Shown here piece after piece: positions 63,251-64,000 of a DNA stretch of 64,000 nucleotides. Made by a program: the position numbers and the translations under genes. How positions within the stretch are numbered: position 1 is the stretch's first letter; every line of letters begins with the position of its first letter. The notes beneath the pieces were generated by a model, which was not told the origin of the DNA, made no database searches, and worked only from the letters and a program-made list of their open reading frames with translations. The DNA comes from Amphiscolops sp. MND2022 (lineage: Eukaryota), in assembly GCA_964187785.1 (NCBI GenBank), contig OZ076418.1, positions 30,070,001 through 30,134,000 of the forward strand. The letters are read 5' to 3'.

Positions 63251-64000
63251 CTGAAAAAGAAACAAAATCCATTTTTATAATCGCTCGGGGTTAGGGGAGT
63301 TGATGGAAGCGCATTATACAAGGAAGCCAATGAGCAGATAAATTCGTCTAACAAAGCTCAGTTCTTATACTGTGCTTACTATACTATCATTATTTACGGG
63401 GGTCTAGCGTAAGTTCTCACAAAAAGAATAGTCAAACCTCCATTGGGGTCTCCTTTTACAGATTTAGCAATCTACAAACCACCCTTGTTATGAGTAATGT
63501 ATCACAATTTTCCAACAAATGAAAAAAAACATTGAAAACATGCACACGGTGTACCGAAAACGGAGACGGTCCAAAACACTATTCCCCCAAGCAGTATAGA
63601 AAAAAAACATTCATGAACATGTGTGTAAGAAAATAGAACTTTCTTCACACTTATTTGTTCACACTTCACAGTGCTTCAAGGAGGATCAGGAAAAACATTA
63701 CGACGCCAATAGGGAAAGTTTTGATTTTCAAGAATTGACAAAAGTTGGTTTTCGCACCTACCAAAATGTGTTTTCAAGAATTCACAAAAGAAATTGGCAG
63801 TGCCACCAAAAGGCTTGAAGAATTCACACACTAAGATTGGCAGTGCAAAAATGAAAGTTTCAAGAAAAGAGAAAATTGACTCGTGGATTCTTCATATTAA
63901 TGATAATCTATGCTATATATGTAACAGCATTGGTGTGAGAATTCTTAGTATTTTGTCATTTTTGAGCACTTTTCTGAATTAACCCCAAACGACCCGGGCG

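Overview
AT-rich metazoan genomic DNA with spliceosomal introns and very dense transposon content. An acoel or similar fast-evolving invertebrate is my guess only; nothing here proves the taxon. The left 37 kb holds the 5' part of a minus-strand tomosyn (STXBP5) gene. I resolved 14 coding exons (ATG at 37389, about 689 codons in the window, continuing past base 1), all GT-AG and phase-consistent. Its 18.2-kb intron 6 contains the most unusual object: a young plus-strand CRE-like non-LTR retrotransposon (RT, CCHC knuckle, restriction-like endonuclease). It is preceded by an intact SGNH/GDSL esterase ORF and a PHD-finger module, which are classically associated with APE-type CR1/L2 elements. The same intron holds a Tc1 (DD34E) element whose transposase is split by a 907-bp GT..AG insert; removing the insert restores a 333-aa ORF exactly. 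It also holds two non-repetitive blocks that may be nested transcripts. The 38-59 kb region is decayed nested mobile DNA: a LINE inside a LINE with a TSD, two decayed copies of a second RLE family, a Ty3/Gypsy remnant and MITEs. Two Helentron-associated (HINE/DINE-1-like) repeat families recur throughout. The last three coding exons of an unrecognised minus-strand gene lie at 61-63 kb. All assignments come from manual reading and remembered family motifs; no searches were run.
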